Shown here: one piece after another, positions 29,346-42,779 of the stretch
Layout of the letters: each line of letters begins with the position of its first letter
How positions within the stretch are numbered: position 1 is the first letter of the stretch
Origin: the human T2T-CHM13v2.0 reference genome, Homo sapiens
NCBI RefSeq assembly: GCF_009914755.1
Contig: NC_060933.1
Direction: 5' to 3' (one strand)
DNA length: 64,000 nt
Notes under the pieces: generated by a model
The model's input: only the letters and a program-made list of their open reading frames with translations
What the model was told of the DNA's origin: nothing
Databases searched by the model: none
Made by a program: the position numbers and the translations under genes

Positions 29346-30812
29346 GTGGGACCAAATCCATAATTGTTAATAATGAATGGTAGCTTTTAGTGGCAAACTG
29401 TTCCTTACAAGCAAGTAATGTCCTTTGTCCGTATTAAAAACTTACTCAATGGCACAAGGCACACCTCTTACAATTTTTAATTAAACTTCTGCTTTGAAGG
29501 AATTGTAGATTCATATGGTATTGTAAGAAATAACACAAACAGAGCCCATGTGCCCTTTACCCAGTTTCCCCCAATAGTAACACCTTGTAAAACTATAGTA
29601 CAATATCACAAAGCTATGATATTGACATTCATACAGTCAAAATACAGATCATTTCCATTTCCACAAGGATCCCTCATGCTGTTCTTTTATAGCTACACCC
29701 ACTTTCCTCCCCATTCATAAACCCCTGGAACCCACTATTCTATTCTCCATTTCTATAAGTTTATCATAATGTTATATATATGGAGTCATTCAGGATGTAA
29801 ACTTTTGGATTTTTAAAAATTACACTCAGGACAATTTTCTGGAAATCTATCAAGGTGGTTGTGTGTATCAGTAGTTTGTTTCTATTGATTGCTGAGTCAT
29901 ATTCCATGGTATAAATGTATCACAGTTTGTTTAACCATACGCCTATTGAAGGACATCTGGGTTGTTTTTTGGTTTTGGCTATTATGGATAAAGGTGCTAT
30001 AAATATTTGCATACATTGTGTGAACATAAGTTTTCAATCCTCTGGGATAAGTGCCCAGGAGTGCAATTACTCGGTGGTAGGGTAGTTGCATCTTTAGTTT
30101 TAGTTGTTTTTTTTTTAAGACATTGCCGAAACATTTTCCAGAATGACTGTACCCTTTAACATTTCCACCAGCAATGTATGAGTGATCCTGTTTCTCCACA
30201 TCCTCACTGTCATTTGGTGTTGTCATTGTTTTTTGTTTTAGCCATTCTGATAGGTATGTAAGATGTCTCGTTGTGCTTTCACCCTGCATTTCCCTCATCT
30301 AATTATTTTCAACATCTTTTCATGTGTTTGTCTTGCCATCGTTTATATATGGTGAAATGTCATCTCTTCATCCCTTTTCTTCATCTTCTAATTGGATTGT
30401 TTATCTTTAACAATTCAGTTTTGAGAGTTCTTTATGTATTCTAGATAGTAGTCCTATGTCATTTATAGGACTTGGAAATATTTTCTCCCAGTGTGTAGCT
30501 TGTCTTTTCATCATTTTAACAGGATAAAAATGTAAAGCAAAGGTTTTGATTTTGAGAAAGTCCAATTTGTTAATTTTTCCTTTTAGGTTTTGTGCTTTTG
30601 GTTGTCAAGTCTAGGAATACTGTGCTTGGTTTTAGATCCTGAAGGTTATCTCTATATTTATTTTTTTCTACGAAGTTCTGTAGTTTTATGTTTTACATTT
30701 AAGGCCATGATTCATATTTTATTTAATTTTTATACACAATGTGAGACTTAGGAGATTTGATTTTTGCCTATGGATGTCCAATTGCTCTGTCACCATTTAT
30801 TGGAAAAGTTAT

Positions 30813-31273
30813 TGTATTAGTGTTACAGGGCTGTTATAATAAATTACCACAAACTTGGTGGCTTAAAACAACAGAAACGTATTCTCTCATAGCTCTGGAA
30901 GCTGGAAATCTGAAACCAGTATCATCAGGGCCATATTACCTCAAAAGGCTGTAGGGGAGAACTCTTCCCTTCCCTTGTCTCTTGTCTTCTTATGGCTGTT
31001 GGTAATCCCTGGTGTTTCTTGGCTTATAGATTTGTCACTCCAATCTCTTGTCTCCCTTTTCACATGTCTGTGTCCCTGTCACTCTCTGTCTTCTCCTTTC
31101 CTGTCCCATCTAAGGATGCTCGTCATTGGATTTAAGGCCTACTCTAATCCAGAGTGATCTGATCTTAGAAATCCTAACCTTAATTACATCTGCAAAGACC
31201 CTATTCCAAATAAGGTCCCAATCTGAGGACTCAGCAGCCATATATTTTTGGGTCCATAATTAAACCCACTACA
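30813..31273. mobile_element. MLT1B/C MaLR solo LTR
   Basis: Starts tgtattagt...aaattaccacaaacttggtggcttaaaacaacagaa and ends aacccactaca. Confidence 0.8.
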
Positions 31274-33233
31274 AAATTGCTTTTACATGCTTGTCAAAAA
31301 TCATCTGGGCATATCTGTCTGAGTCTGTTTGGGTTCTCTCTTCTGTTCTATTGATTTATATGTTCATTTCTCCACCAATAGCACATAGTCTTAATTATTG
31401 TAGCTATATAAGCTTTAAAATCAGGTACGTAAGTTTTAAAATCAGGTAGAATGAGTCTTCCCATTTTCTTCTTGTCAAAATTGTTTTTCACTATTCTGTA
31501 TGAATTTTGAATTTCCATATACATTTCAGAATAGTGTTGTCAATATCTACAAAAGATTTCACTGGGATTTTGATAGGAATGGTGGTAAACCTGTAAGTCA
31601 GTTTGAGGAGAATTGACATCATTACTGTGCTGAGTTGTCTAATCCATGAACATAGTATGTTTCTTATTTATTTAGATCTTTGATTTCTTTAATCAGTATT
31701 GTAGTTTTGAGTATGCAAATCCTACACATGTTTGAATATTCAACTAGCCTTGCATTCCTGGAATGAACCCCGCTTGATCATGATGTATCATTCTTTTGAT
31801 ATATTGCTAAATTCTATTTGCTAGTGTTTTGTTAAGGCTTTTTGCATATATATTTATGAAGATGTTTGTAGTATTTTTTGTGTTATGTTTTCTAATATCA
31901 AGATAATACTAGTTTTATAAATAAATGTATAAATACTCTCTCCACTTCTGCTTCCTGGATGAGACTGTGGAATTGGGATGAAATTTTTAAATGTTTGGTA
32001 GAATTCTCTAGTGAAACCATCTAGAATTGGAGATTTTCTCTTGAGGAGTTATTAACCACAAATTCAATTTCCTTAAAAGTTATAGAGCTATTCAAATTAG
32101 GTATTTCATATGTGGTCATTTGTGCTTTTCAAAGAATTGGCCCATTTTGTCCATAAAACTTGTCAAATTTATGTGTAACGTTGTTTGAAGTATTCCCTTG
32201 TTATCTTCTCCATGTCTGTAGGGTTTGTACTGTTTTATTCTTGATGTTGGTCATTTGTGTCTTCTCTCTTATTTTCTTTGTATTACTAGAAGTTTGTCAA
32301 TTTTATTTATTTATTTTCAAAGAACCAATTTCTTGGTTTAGTGTTTTCCTCTATTGTTTTTGTTTTCAATTTTATTGATTTCTGATCTTACATTTTTTAA
32401 AATTCCTTTTCTCTGCTTGTTTTGGGTTTATACTGCTTTCCTTCTAATTTCTTGTGGTAGGAACTTAGATTATTCATTTGAAGTTTTTTCCTCCTCCTAG
32501 TGCAAGCATTTAGTGCTATAATTTTTCTCTCAGCACTGCTTTATCTATGTCCCCCAAATTTTAATGTTTTGTTTTCATTTAGCTCAATGCAATTTTTTCT
32601 TATTTCCCTTGAGATTTCCTATTTGACCCAAGGATTATTTAAAAATGTGTTGCTTGATTTGCAAGTGTTCAAAGACTTTCTTGTCATTCTGTTATTATTT
32701 TTATTTTAATTCATTGTAGTAAAGGGGCACACTCAACATGATTTCAGTTTATTTAAATTAGTTGTCATTTGGTTTCTAGTCCAGGATATGATCTATTTTA
32801 GTATATGTTCAGTAATAAGTCTGAAAAAAATGTGCATTCTGCTGTTGTTGAGTAGAGTATCCTAGAAATGTCCATTAGACCTTTTTGGTTAATGGTGTTT
32901 TTATTTCTTCTATATTCTTGCTGATTTTTTCTGTCTAATGGATTTATCAATTATTGAAAGGCAGGTGTTGAAGTCTCCAACTATAATTGTGGATTTGTCT
33001 ATTTCTCCTTTCAGTTATATCAGTTTGTCCTCGTATGGTTTTCAGCTCACATTTAGGTTTATTATGTCTTTTTGGTGAATTGATTCTTTTATCATTATTT
33101 CATATCCCTCTCTCTCTCTCTGATAATTATCTTTGCTATACAGTTTACTGTATCTGATATTAATATGGCCATCTCTCCTTTGCTTTGATTAATGTTTCTA
33201 AATCTTCTTCCATCTTTCTATTTTTGACTTGCC

Positions 33234-33537
33234 TTTTTTTTTTTTTTTTTTTTTTTATGAGATGGAGTCTCACTCTGTCACCCAGGCTGGAGTGCAGTGG
33301 CGCGATCTTGGCTCACTGCAAGCTCTGCCTCCCCGGGTTCATGCCATTCTCCTGTCAGCCTCCCAAGTAGCTGCGACTACAGGCGCCCACCACCACCCCC
33401 GGCTAATTTTTGTATTTTTAGTAGAGACAGGGTTTCACCTTGTTAGCCAGGATGGTCTCGATCTCCTGACCTTGTGATCCGCCCACCTCGGCCTCCCAAA
33501 GTGCTGGGATTACAGGCGTGAGCCACTGCACCCGGCC
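33234..33537 (-). mobile_element. AluY (older copy)
   Basis: tgcaagctc, gccattctc and ttagccaggatggtctcgatc diagnostics, with several CpG decays. Confidence 0.92.
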
Positions 33538-35515
33538 TAACCTGCCTTATTTTTATATTTGAAGTGAATTTCTTGTAGATAGCATATAGTCAGGTCATGT
33601 TTCTTAGTCCATTTATCAATTTCTATCTTTTAATTGGTGCATTCAGATTATTCTATTTAATGCAATTATTGATATGTTAGGGCTTAAGTTTGCCATTTTA
33701 TTTTTTGTTTTCTGTTTGTTCTCTTTGATTGTTGTTTTTGTTTCTCTTTTGTCTTCTTCCTGCCTTTCTCCAGATAACTTGAACATTTTTTAGAATTCTT
33801 TTTTTATTTACCTGTAGTGTTTTGGAGTGCATCTCTTTGTATGCCCTTTTTAGTGGTTGCTTTAGGCACATTTTATATACATACATACATATATATAACT
33901 TATTACAGTATTCTGTTTTTGACATGTTACCAGTTCAAATAAAGTGTGGAAGCCTTAATCATCTTTATTCCACTTTACTTTCCCTTTCCATTCATATATA
34001 ATTGTCTTACATATTTCTTCTACATACATTAAAATCACAACAGAAAATGTATAATTTTTGCTTCAACCATTGAGCACAATGTAGAAAACTCAAGAGGAAA
34101 AGGAAAATGTGTTGCATGCATTTACCTATATTTTTATTCTTTTCTTGTTCCTGAACGACATTTTTACTGGATATAGTATTCTGGACTAATTAGTTTTTTT
34201 ATTTTCATCACTTGAATAAGGTGTGGTACTTTCCTCTGGCCTCCATGGTTTCTTATGAGAAATCTGCTGTTATTCAAATAGTTTTTTCCTTATAGGTAAG
34301 ATGTTATTTCTCTCTTACTGCTTTCAAAATTTTTTCTTTGTCTTTAGTTTTGAGAAGTTTGACTCTAATCTTCATAGTGTGGATTTTTTTGGAAGGCTTA
34401 GCTTGTTTGGAGTTCACTCCTTGAATCTTTAGGTTTATGTCTTTTGCCAGATTTGGGAAGTTTCAGTTGCTATTTTTCAACTTTATTATTATTATTATTA
34501 TTTTTGCCATATCTTCTTTTTTTCTTCTTTGACTCTGATGACATAAATATTAAGAGCTTTTGTTAAGATGTAGTTCCCTGAGGCTCCATTTCTTTAGTTT
34601 TTCCAGTCCATTTTCCTTCTGAAAAATTGAGTAATTTTTGTTGTTCTGTCTTCAAATTTAGTGATTCTTTTCATCTGCCCTCTTTATTCGGTAGTTGAAC
34701 CGTTTTGCTGAGTTTTCAAGTTTGCTTATTGTATTTTCCAATTCTAAAATTTTCATTTGGTTTTCTTTATATCCTCTGGTTTTTTTGTTTATTTGTTTGT
34801 TTGTAGGGACTTTATATTTCTTTCCCGGCACTTACTATTTTTTATTTGTTTAAATTGTATTTGTAATTGCTCATTGAAGCATTTTCATGATGACTGCTTT
34901 AAAAATCCCTGTCATATAATTCAAACATTACTGTCATCTTGGTGTTGGCATTATTGATTGTTCTTTTTAAACTTCAGTTTGATATCTTTCTGGTTCATGA
35001 TATGATGACTGATTTTTCCTTATTGAAATCTGGACATTTGTGGTATTCTGTTATGAGATTCTATGCTATTTAAACCTTCTGTTTGAGATGGTTTCCTCTG
35101 ACAGCACTCCACCAGGGGAAAGGGGGACTCTGACACATTACTGCCAGGTGAAGGTAGAAGTCCATATTTTCCACTCAATCTCTGTTGACACTTGAGAGGG
35201 CAGTCTCCTTGTTCCTGTTGGATGCGGGTAGGAGTGGCTTTGTCCCTATGGTGGTTCGCTGGAGTATAGCGATTCTTGTCTAAGAGTTTTCTGTATAGAC
35301 TTCCCTTTTCCTGTACTTTGGACAAAGAGGTCAGAATTTTTCTGGGGATTTTTTTCTGTGCCCACTGGCATTTTCAGGTTTCTGGCTTCTTAAGCTCCAA
35401 TTTGGGGACATACGAAGCAAAAAGAAAATCCAGGGAATTCACCACCATGTCATTCCAAAGTCTCCAGGTAGTCTGCCTTCTCTTCACCTTTCAGTCTTCT
35501 TATGTTTGCTTAACA

Positions 35516-35862
35516 CAGTGGTTCCCAACTTTTTGGCACCAGGGACTTGTTTTGTGGAAGACAATTTTTCCACACACCGGGAATGAGGACTGAGGGATGG
35601 TTTTGGGATGAAACTGTTCTACCTCGGATAATCAGGCATTAGTTAGAGTCTCATAAGGAGTGCACAATCTAGATCCGTCGTATGCGCAGTTCACCGTAGG
35701 GTTCATGCTCCTATGAGAATCTAATGCCGCTGCCGATCTAACAGGAGGCAAAGCTCAGGTGGTGATGCTTACTCATCCGCTGCTCACTGCCTGCTGTGCG
35801 GCCCAGTTCCTAACAGGCCATAGATCAGTACCAGTCCATAGTCAGGGGGTTGGGGACCCTTG
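35516..35862. mobile_element. MER1B hAT-Charlie DNA transposon
   Basis: TIRs cagtggttcccaac / gttggggacccttg, ~347 bp, degenerate 8-bp TSD gcttaaca / gcttagtg. Confidence 0.85.
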
Positions 35863-35877
35863 GCTTAGTGTATGTTA

Positions 35878-36295
35878 CTCTATGGTTTGTTTGGCCCCAC
35901 CAAGTCTCCTATTAAAATGTGATCCCCAGTGTTGAGGTGGATCCTGGTGAGAGATGTTTGGACTGTGGGGATGCGGCCCTCATGAATGGCTTGGTGCTAT
36001 TCTTGAGAGAATCAGTTCTCACACTTTTAGTTCTTGAGAGCCCTGGTTGTTGAAAAGTGGCTGGTGCCTCCTCCACTCTCTCTCTTGCTGCCACTCTTTC
36101 TAGCCACGTGTTCTCTGCTCAGGCCAGCTCCCTTTCCCTTTCCCATGAGTGGAAGCAATCTGAGGCCCTCTCCAGAAGCAGATGCTGACACGATTGTTCT
36201 TGTACATCCTAGAACTGTGAACCAGAAAACCTCTGTTCTTTATAAATTACCCAGCCTCAGGTATTTCTTTATATCAAGGGAAAGGGACTAAGACA
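35878..36295. mobile_element. MST-type MaLR solo LTR
   Basis: ctatggtttg...gatccccagtgttg at the start; tataaattacccagcctcaggtatttctttata...ggactaagaca at the end. Confidence 0.85.
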
Positions 36296-39200
36296 GTTGT
36301 CTAGGGTTTTTAGTTGTACTTAGTGGGAAAAATTGGGAAAAGTACATCTACTCCATCTTCCCAGAAGCAGAAGTTACATCTCTTATATTTTAATTTACCA
36401 CTATGGTTCCCCAGATGTTGAGCTTTCTGGAAAATTAATAAAACTACTCAAGTGTAGAAGAACACTTGCTATATATGTGACTTCTTAACTGAAATTATGT
36501 TTTCCCCAAATCACTAGAGAAGTGTCCTGCTCAATGTAAAAGAGATGATTATGAAGGAGGCATTTGACTTTGGGATAATGAGGTTGATACAACAGTTTAG
36601 ACTTAAGGAAAGGAGGTTTAGGATTGGTAGGGTCCAAATTGGGGAGCTCACCTGGCTAAAATCTGGCATTTGAAATCTATCAGTCCAGAGTCCACAACGT
36701 GCAGTGCTACAAAGGGTAGGTCAAGTCTACCTCTGTTCCAAGGCTCTCCAGTGTAGTTGCTGGATCATAGCAACAGAAGTAGTTTAGCAAGCAGAAGAGT
36801 CATAGCTACAGTTACTCTGTCCTCCCAAAAGTAGCATCCCACCAAGGGCCAGGGAGGATGAGAAATAAAATGGAACCATTTGAAGAAGGAGCCTAGAAGG
36901 ATGTAGCTATGTGTCACAGTGGGTTCTTGACTCAGAAGAGAGCTAAAATATAGTTTAGGAAACTAGAGGAAAATGTTAGTCAACAAAAAGGGATAGGCAG
37001 GGTGGTTAAAAACATCAGTACTCTTCATCCTAGTACTCAGGAGACATTACTAGTTGATCATGGTACTGTTTCCCACTAGACCCACAATCCTCTCAACATA
37101 ATGTCCCATGCAGGCACTACCAATCAACAGGTGGAGACACGTAAGAAGACATCTGTTTTCCAGCTCAGGCGGGAAGCTCATTCCAGGCACACAGGACATC
37201 AGATCTAGAGCAGCACAGTGGACTCCAGATCCCATTAGGAGCAGGCCTAAGGCTGCTTATTTCTTGCCTTCCTTAATGAGAATTGGTTCAGGGTCTGGGT
37301 GCAGCTGAGCCTGATACTGCTGACTTTGATTATGAGAGCTGAGATTAGTCAAAGACCAAGTGGCAGAGAAAAAAAAATCTTTCTTTGCATATTAAGATCC
37401 TAGGCTTAGCTGATCTATATTGTTAATTCCTGAAGATTTCAAGTTAGCCTGCTTACAAGTTGAATTTCAAGAGAGAGATGGCAGTGATTTACGGTGACAT
37501 CTATTAAGCTTTTATAGAACATAATACATGTGTTCTTGCTCCTACCATAAAATTAATTGTTGCTAATTAGTTAGGGCTGCCAGCTCGCTTGCATGTGAAA
37601 GTCTGTCACACTCCCTTCTCCTGGTCCTGTTAATTAGCCTTCCACAGCCTCCTACTGTCTCAGTGTCCTGTAGCTTTCCTCTCAATGTATGTTTCTTATT
37701 TAAACAAATGAGCCTGCTGTTTGGCTTTGGTTGGTTTTGGAGAGAGGTTTGACTTTGGGGGCATAGAAGTCCTTGTTGGCAGTCAATGGTGTCAGGTGAG
37801 ACAAACCATTTTTGTACACCATCATACATTATGTAAGTGCATTTGACCCAAAATAAGTATTCCTCTTTCAAAGTTGTTTTTTAAATTGAGTATTGAATTT
37901 CCATGAAATAATACAATTAAGTTCTCAGGTACTTGGTTTTGATGATCGTTTCTGGGTTTCTGGAGTCTGGGATGGAGATCATTCTGGTGGGATGACAGCC
38001 CATAAGCACGTGTGCAGTGGAAGGAGCACTGGGCCGGGCAGCTTCTTGGTTGCAATGACAGCTGCATGGCATGGAGCATTGTAATGTTCAGTTGTAAGGG
38101 AGATGCTTTGAGGTGCTGAAGATATCATGACAGTGATCGAGTTTGTCCACAGCCCTCACAGCCCTTGGAGGAGCTCTGACTCAAGTGTTCTTGCCTAGGG
38201 AGTACTGGTTGTATAATTGCTGTTGACATTTCCGTGGTAAAAAGAGGTCAGTTCTGTTGGATTTTTCCAAGAGCAGGCAGCCTACTTTGTCCAAGCAGAG
38301 TAAATCTAAGAGTGACAATCTCATGCAGTTATTATCACATATAATGACAATAAAAAGAAAGGGTTTTTCCTAAATACAGTTCTGCACCCAGTGAAGCTTG
38401 TTCACTCCTCTGCTCAATGAGCCAACAAAACAGTCAGGCGCCAGAGAGAGAAAAATCCTGTTTGCATTGATTGCGTCCTGAATGCCTCTGCCCACCTCCT
38501 GGGAGGCAGCTTATTTCACACATCCTCATGACAGAGTAATGTGACTTCATTGACTGGCAAGCAGCTGTCAGTGCAGCCTGTGAGGTGTCTGGGTGTGCCC
38601 ACACACCGAAATCAAGAGAGAATGGAAAGCACAGCACTGCAATTGAAATTTAAAGGGGAAGTAAGTCTTTATTACAATTGACTTACAAAAGTGGAGGCTG
38701 TAGCTATGTTCAAATACAATCACGTCTGTGAACCCACTTGTCAAGCAACAGAAAGGCACAGTTTTCATTCATTCATTCTTTTGCTTTGGAGCAGGGCTTC
38801 ACATAACAGGTGCTGGAAAGGCAGTATCAGGAACCAAGACTCCAACAGCGCCAAGCAATCAGGTATTAGGAACTGGCTGGCCATCATACACATTGTCATA
38901 TGCATTGATGTCTTCCTACCTCTTTTCTGCCTCCTTTGCCCCTGTCCTTTGCTCCACAATGGGGGCTTCTTTGCATCTGCTTCTGCACCTGTCTTCACCT
39001 GCATGTCCTTGCCTGACATGGGTCCAGTGAAAGGTGACACATGACCACACCTTCTGACATTAGATGCAGGGATTCACATACCATGACTCCATAGTTATTT
39101 GCACTGGGGAGGTCTGAAGGGGATCCACACAGTGTTTATGCATGAGTGTAATCTTTTTACTTCTGAAAAGCCTGGGATAGAAGACCAATGGATGAAATAA

Positions 39201-39419
39201 GGGATCTTTTATGACAAATTTATATGTTTTTTAACAAACTCTTTGCTTTGGCAACTCTGTGATCACTTAATTTGGCAGCATGGTTAAGGGAAAATATGAT
39301 TGAGAAAGCTATTTATGTTCCTGAGAGTCATGTTGCGTATGGTAGCCGAGTGAATAATTCTTTCGTTCCGATTATAAAATCACTTGGCTGTTAGAATTTA
39401 TAGCTTCCCTTTTATTTTC

Positions 39420-39870
39420 ATCACTACCACTATAATCTAGAACTTCATGATAATGCTTTTATTAATGCAACAACCTTCTAGCTTGTTTCTCTGCTTCTGG
39501 GCACTTTCATTTAATACACCATGCATATTGCTACCAGATGATATGCTATTTAGATAATGCCATTCCCTCATTAAGGAACCTGCAATAGCTCCCATCTGCT
39601 TATACAATCAAATCTAGACCCCTTCATCTAACCTTCAAGCTCTCTATGGTCTGGTCCCCTATCTACACATACATTGAAACTTACATGCCACCACCTTGCG
39701 TCATACCCCTGATTGAGCAGAGGAATCCTAGTCCTACCACCCTGCCTCGGTGCCTTGCTATTTGCCTTTTTTTAAGATCCCTACTTTGCCTCTCTGCCCA
39801 TTCAGATAAATACATTTTTCACATCTCACCTTAGACCCTTTTGTGTCTATAAAGCCTTTCCGATAGTTAC
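39420..39870 (+). mobile_element. L2 fragment
   Basis: atgccattccctcattaaggaacctgcaatagctcccat...ccttcaagctct resembles L2. Confidence 0.5.
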
Positions 39871-40059
39871 CATCCACATCAGCTTCTTTCTTGAGTTCCT
39901 ATCACTCTAGTAGGCAAATGCTTGGCACTGTTTTTAGTCTAGTTTCTTGCAGTGATATTAGTGTCTTATCTACAAAGCTTCATCTCCAGGATGAACTTTT
40001 TGCTTTCTTGATTCTTAGTCTCCAGAATGCCTAGTATGCTCCTCTTGTGTACAGAATAT

Positions 40060-40610
40060 TGAACTTGGAATTGAAAGGCCAAGTTTAAGGCCTGGCTCTT
40101 TAACTGACAAGTCATGTAGCCTTGAATGGGCCCTTGACCTCTTTAAGCCTCTGTTCCCTTAGCTGTAAAATGGAACTCAAGATATTTTCACAGCCCATTT
40201 CACCGAGTCATTTTAATGCTCAAATAAAATTGCATGTGAGAGTACTTTATGAGCCTTCAAGTGCTGCGAGAACAGAAGGCCCCATTATTATTGTAGTTTG
40301 TCTGTAATATTTAACTTAAGTTGAACCAGGAAAATATATCTGTGAGCCATTGTGTAATCTTGAGGGCCAAATTGCTAAATAGCAGTGGCCGCACCATATA
40401 ACATTTATTGTACATTTCATTGTTCAGAGTGCTTTTTATTAGGATTACCATTCTGTTCTCTCCAGTGCCTCATGAGGTTGTGAGGATCAGGTATTTTTAT
40501 TCCCACTTTGCACCTAGAAAAAGGAAATCAAAGGGAACAAATACAGTAAGTGAATTTCTGTAAGTCACGTAGTTAGTTGATGGCCACAATTGAACTGAAG
40601 CTTCCATTCT
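40060..40610. mobile_element. Two MIR fragments in opposite orientation
   Basis: acctctttaagcctctgttcccttagctgtaaaatgg (+) and tttattcccactttgcacctagaaaaaggaaatc (-). Confidence 0.55.
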
Positions 40611-42699
40611 GCCTCTTATTCCTTGCCTGAAAATTGTGGTCATTTTCAGTCTCCACTTTATCACCACCAGACCCCTGCCTCTAGGACGCTTTCCTCTGTG
40701 GTTTTCACTTTTCCTACTTTGTCTCATTGGTTCTTGTACAGCAAGGGTGGCTTTATATTGGCTAGCAAGGATCTCACTCCTGTTCATTTCATTATAATTA
40801 CATTCACATTCATAAGGTGGAGGGACATTTTTTTTCTCTTTACAAATACTGTTGGTTGACTGAAGTAGTCTTAGGTTGGGGGACCCTAGATCAGAGAAGA
40901 GACCTGAGTTCAATGTTAGGTCCTCACTTTCTTTGCAGATGGTTTAATTCTCTTGACAGGTCAGGCTTTCCCTAGAGCCTTGTCCACGCGGGCGAGACTG
41001 AGACCTGTCTCTTTTTGGCCTAAGGATAAATAACAGGCTATCTGGTATGCTTCCAGACTGGATGTGGCAGTGCACACCACTCATCCAGTTGTCCCTCCTT
41101 TGTGCTTAAGCTCTTTCCCACTCCTTCCGTCTGTTGCACCTGCTGGCCCCAAGCCTGGAGCTATTCTAGCCTCCACCAAATGGGGCAGTCCTGCCTCTAC
41201 TGCTGACTCCACTACAGCATGTTCTGAGGTGAGAATTCTTCTACTCTATGTTTCATGCATTAACATGGAAGCCATGCCCCCATCTCCCTTCCAGAAATCC
41301 GTTGAAAAATCTCATCCATTAGGACTTACATTGCCCTTCACTTCACCGTTATGGGTAAGAGGCCAACTGATGCCCTCACCTCACCAATCTAAAGGGATTT
41401 CTTCAATACCTTTCTAAGGAGGTGCTGCTGGAAGCATTAGAATCTTTCAGCCATCCCCACAGGGACAGTGTCATCAGCAGATTACTTCCTCAACTTCAGC
41501 ATAAATTCCAGTATAATTTAACATTGGCTTATTCTTGAGTGAATTTTTCCAATATAATCTACTCGGAATATTTGATGCCATTTTAATACTTTAGACCATG
41601 CCAATCCCAGATGTAAATGGTTCATACTAACATATAAGAACAGAATTTTTTATCACCCAGAGTAAGTAGTTCCCTGCATAATAGCATCACTGAAGCTCTC
41701 CCAGGAGAAGGGACTTCATGACAAAATGTGGGAGCCATAACAGCAGCCAGATTAGTCTGACCCTCTGCAGTATCTTCACCAGGACCCCAAAGGACCCCAA
41801 AGCCCAATGGGTGGAGTAATTCTCTTTTTTCTGAAGCAGTATGATTAGGTAAATGTGACTTTGTTGTACAGTTCTTATTACTATCCTCAAAAGCTGAGTT
41901 TGTAGCATGGACTGCAAAGTGTGGCAGTCTTCCAGCTGACAGAAGCATACAAAACAAGTCCTTATCTCAAGACAGAGGAGAGGAACCCAAGCACTGTGAC
42001 TCTCACTTTATAAATCTGCCCTCAGCTCATAAACTACTTTTAACACCAGTGATTCTTGACATGAGTTCACACCAGAGATTTTGCAACTCATTGATATGGA
42101 GGGTGTAAAGAGGCAGGGGACAAAAAAAATACATCTGGTGGCTGCAGAGAAAGGGTTATTTGACTTCTGGGGACAGGCTATAGTAATATTCCACTGATTT
42201 TATACAGCCTTTGTCTTTCCTGCCTGCACTGTTCTTATATTCTTATAAGAGCTATTCAGGAAAGTAGTGTCAGGATATGGCTGGAATAAAGATATAAGGA
42301 TGAAAGATAGTTAATAGAAGAATGAAAAATAATGCAACTCCCAATTCTTGGGAGGAGATAAGAGATAGTGCAAGCTAAATCCTCCTCTATGTAGTGGGGA
42401 ATTAATAAGTGAGAAAACCTGAGCAGAAGTTATAAGCATATTCATTAGAGTTATGGACATAATACCCAGAAAACCAAAAATCAAATGTGTTCAAATTGGC
42501 TGCCCAAGAGAATGGGACCAATGACAGAAAGGATTGTGGAAAGGAACAATTTCTTTCCATCTTAAACTCTTTGGTACTACTTAGCTTGTTATGTGCATGT
42601 ATTGCTTTTTAAATATTTTTCTTAAAATTAAAAAAATCTATGGATTTTTTTCCCTAAAATTCAGGGGTTGTGTGTGTGAAGATATGACTTAGTGATAAA

Positions 42700-42779
42700 T
42701 TAGGTTGAGCTATATGAAATAGCAAATATTGGTTCGTTTTTGACCTGTATGAATGGAAATTTCATTTGATTCAACCGAA
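42700..42779. mobile_element. MADE2-like mariner-derived MITE (80 bp)
   Basis: Imperfect TIRs ttaggttgagctatatgaaat / atttcatttgattcaaccgaa with an internal tttttgacct. Confidence 0.75.

Larger units (their letters stand above)
29474..36375 (-). mobile_element. Ancient L1MC-type LINE-1 with 3' and 5' ends, internally deleted, with nested MLT1, AluY, MER1B and MST
   Basis: L1MC1/2-like 3' end (ttgtaagaaataacac...cccagtttcccccaatagtaac). T-rich ORF2/ORF1-derived decay; ORF 29897-30298(-) resembles the L1 ORF2 C-terminus. 5'-end motif tccatcttcccagaagcagaagt and a candidate TSD. Confidence 0.75.

Noticed and set aside
29897-30298. 133-aa minus-strand ORF
   Set aside because: Decayed L1 ORF2 C-terminal remnant.
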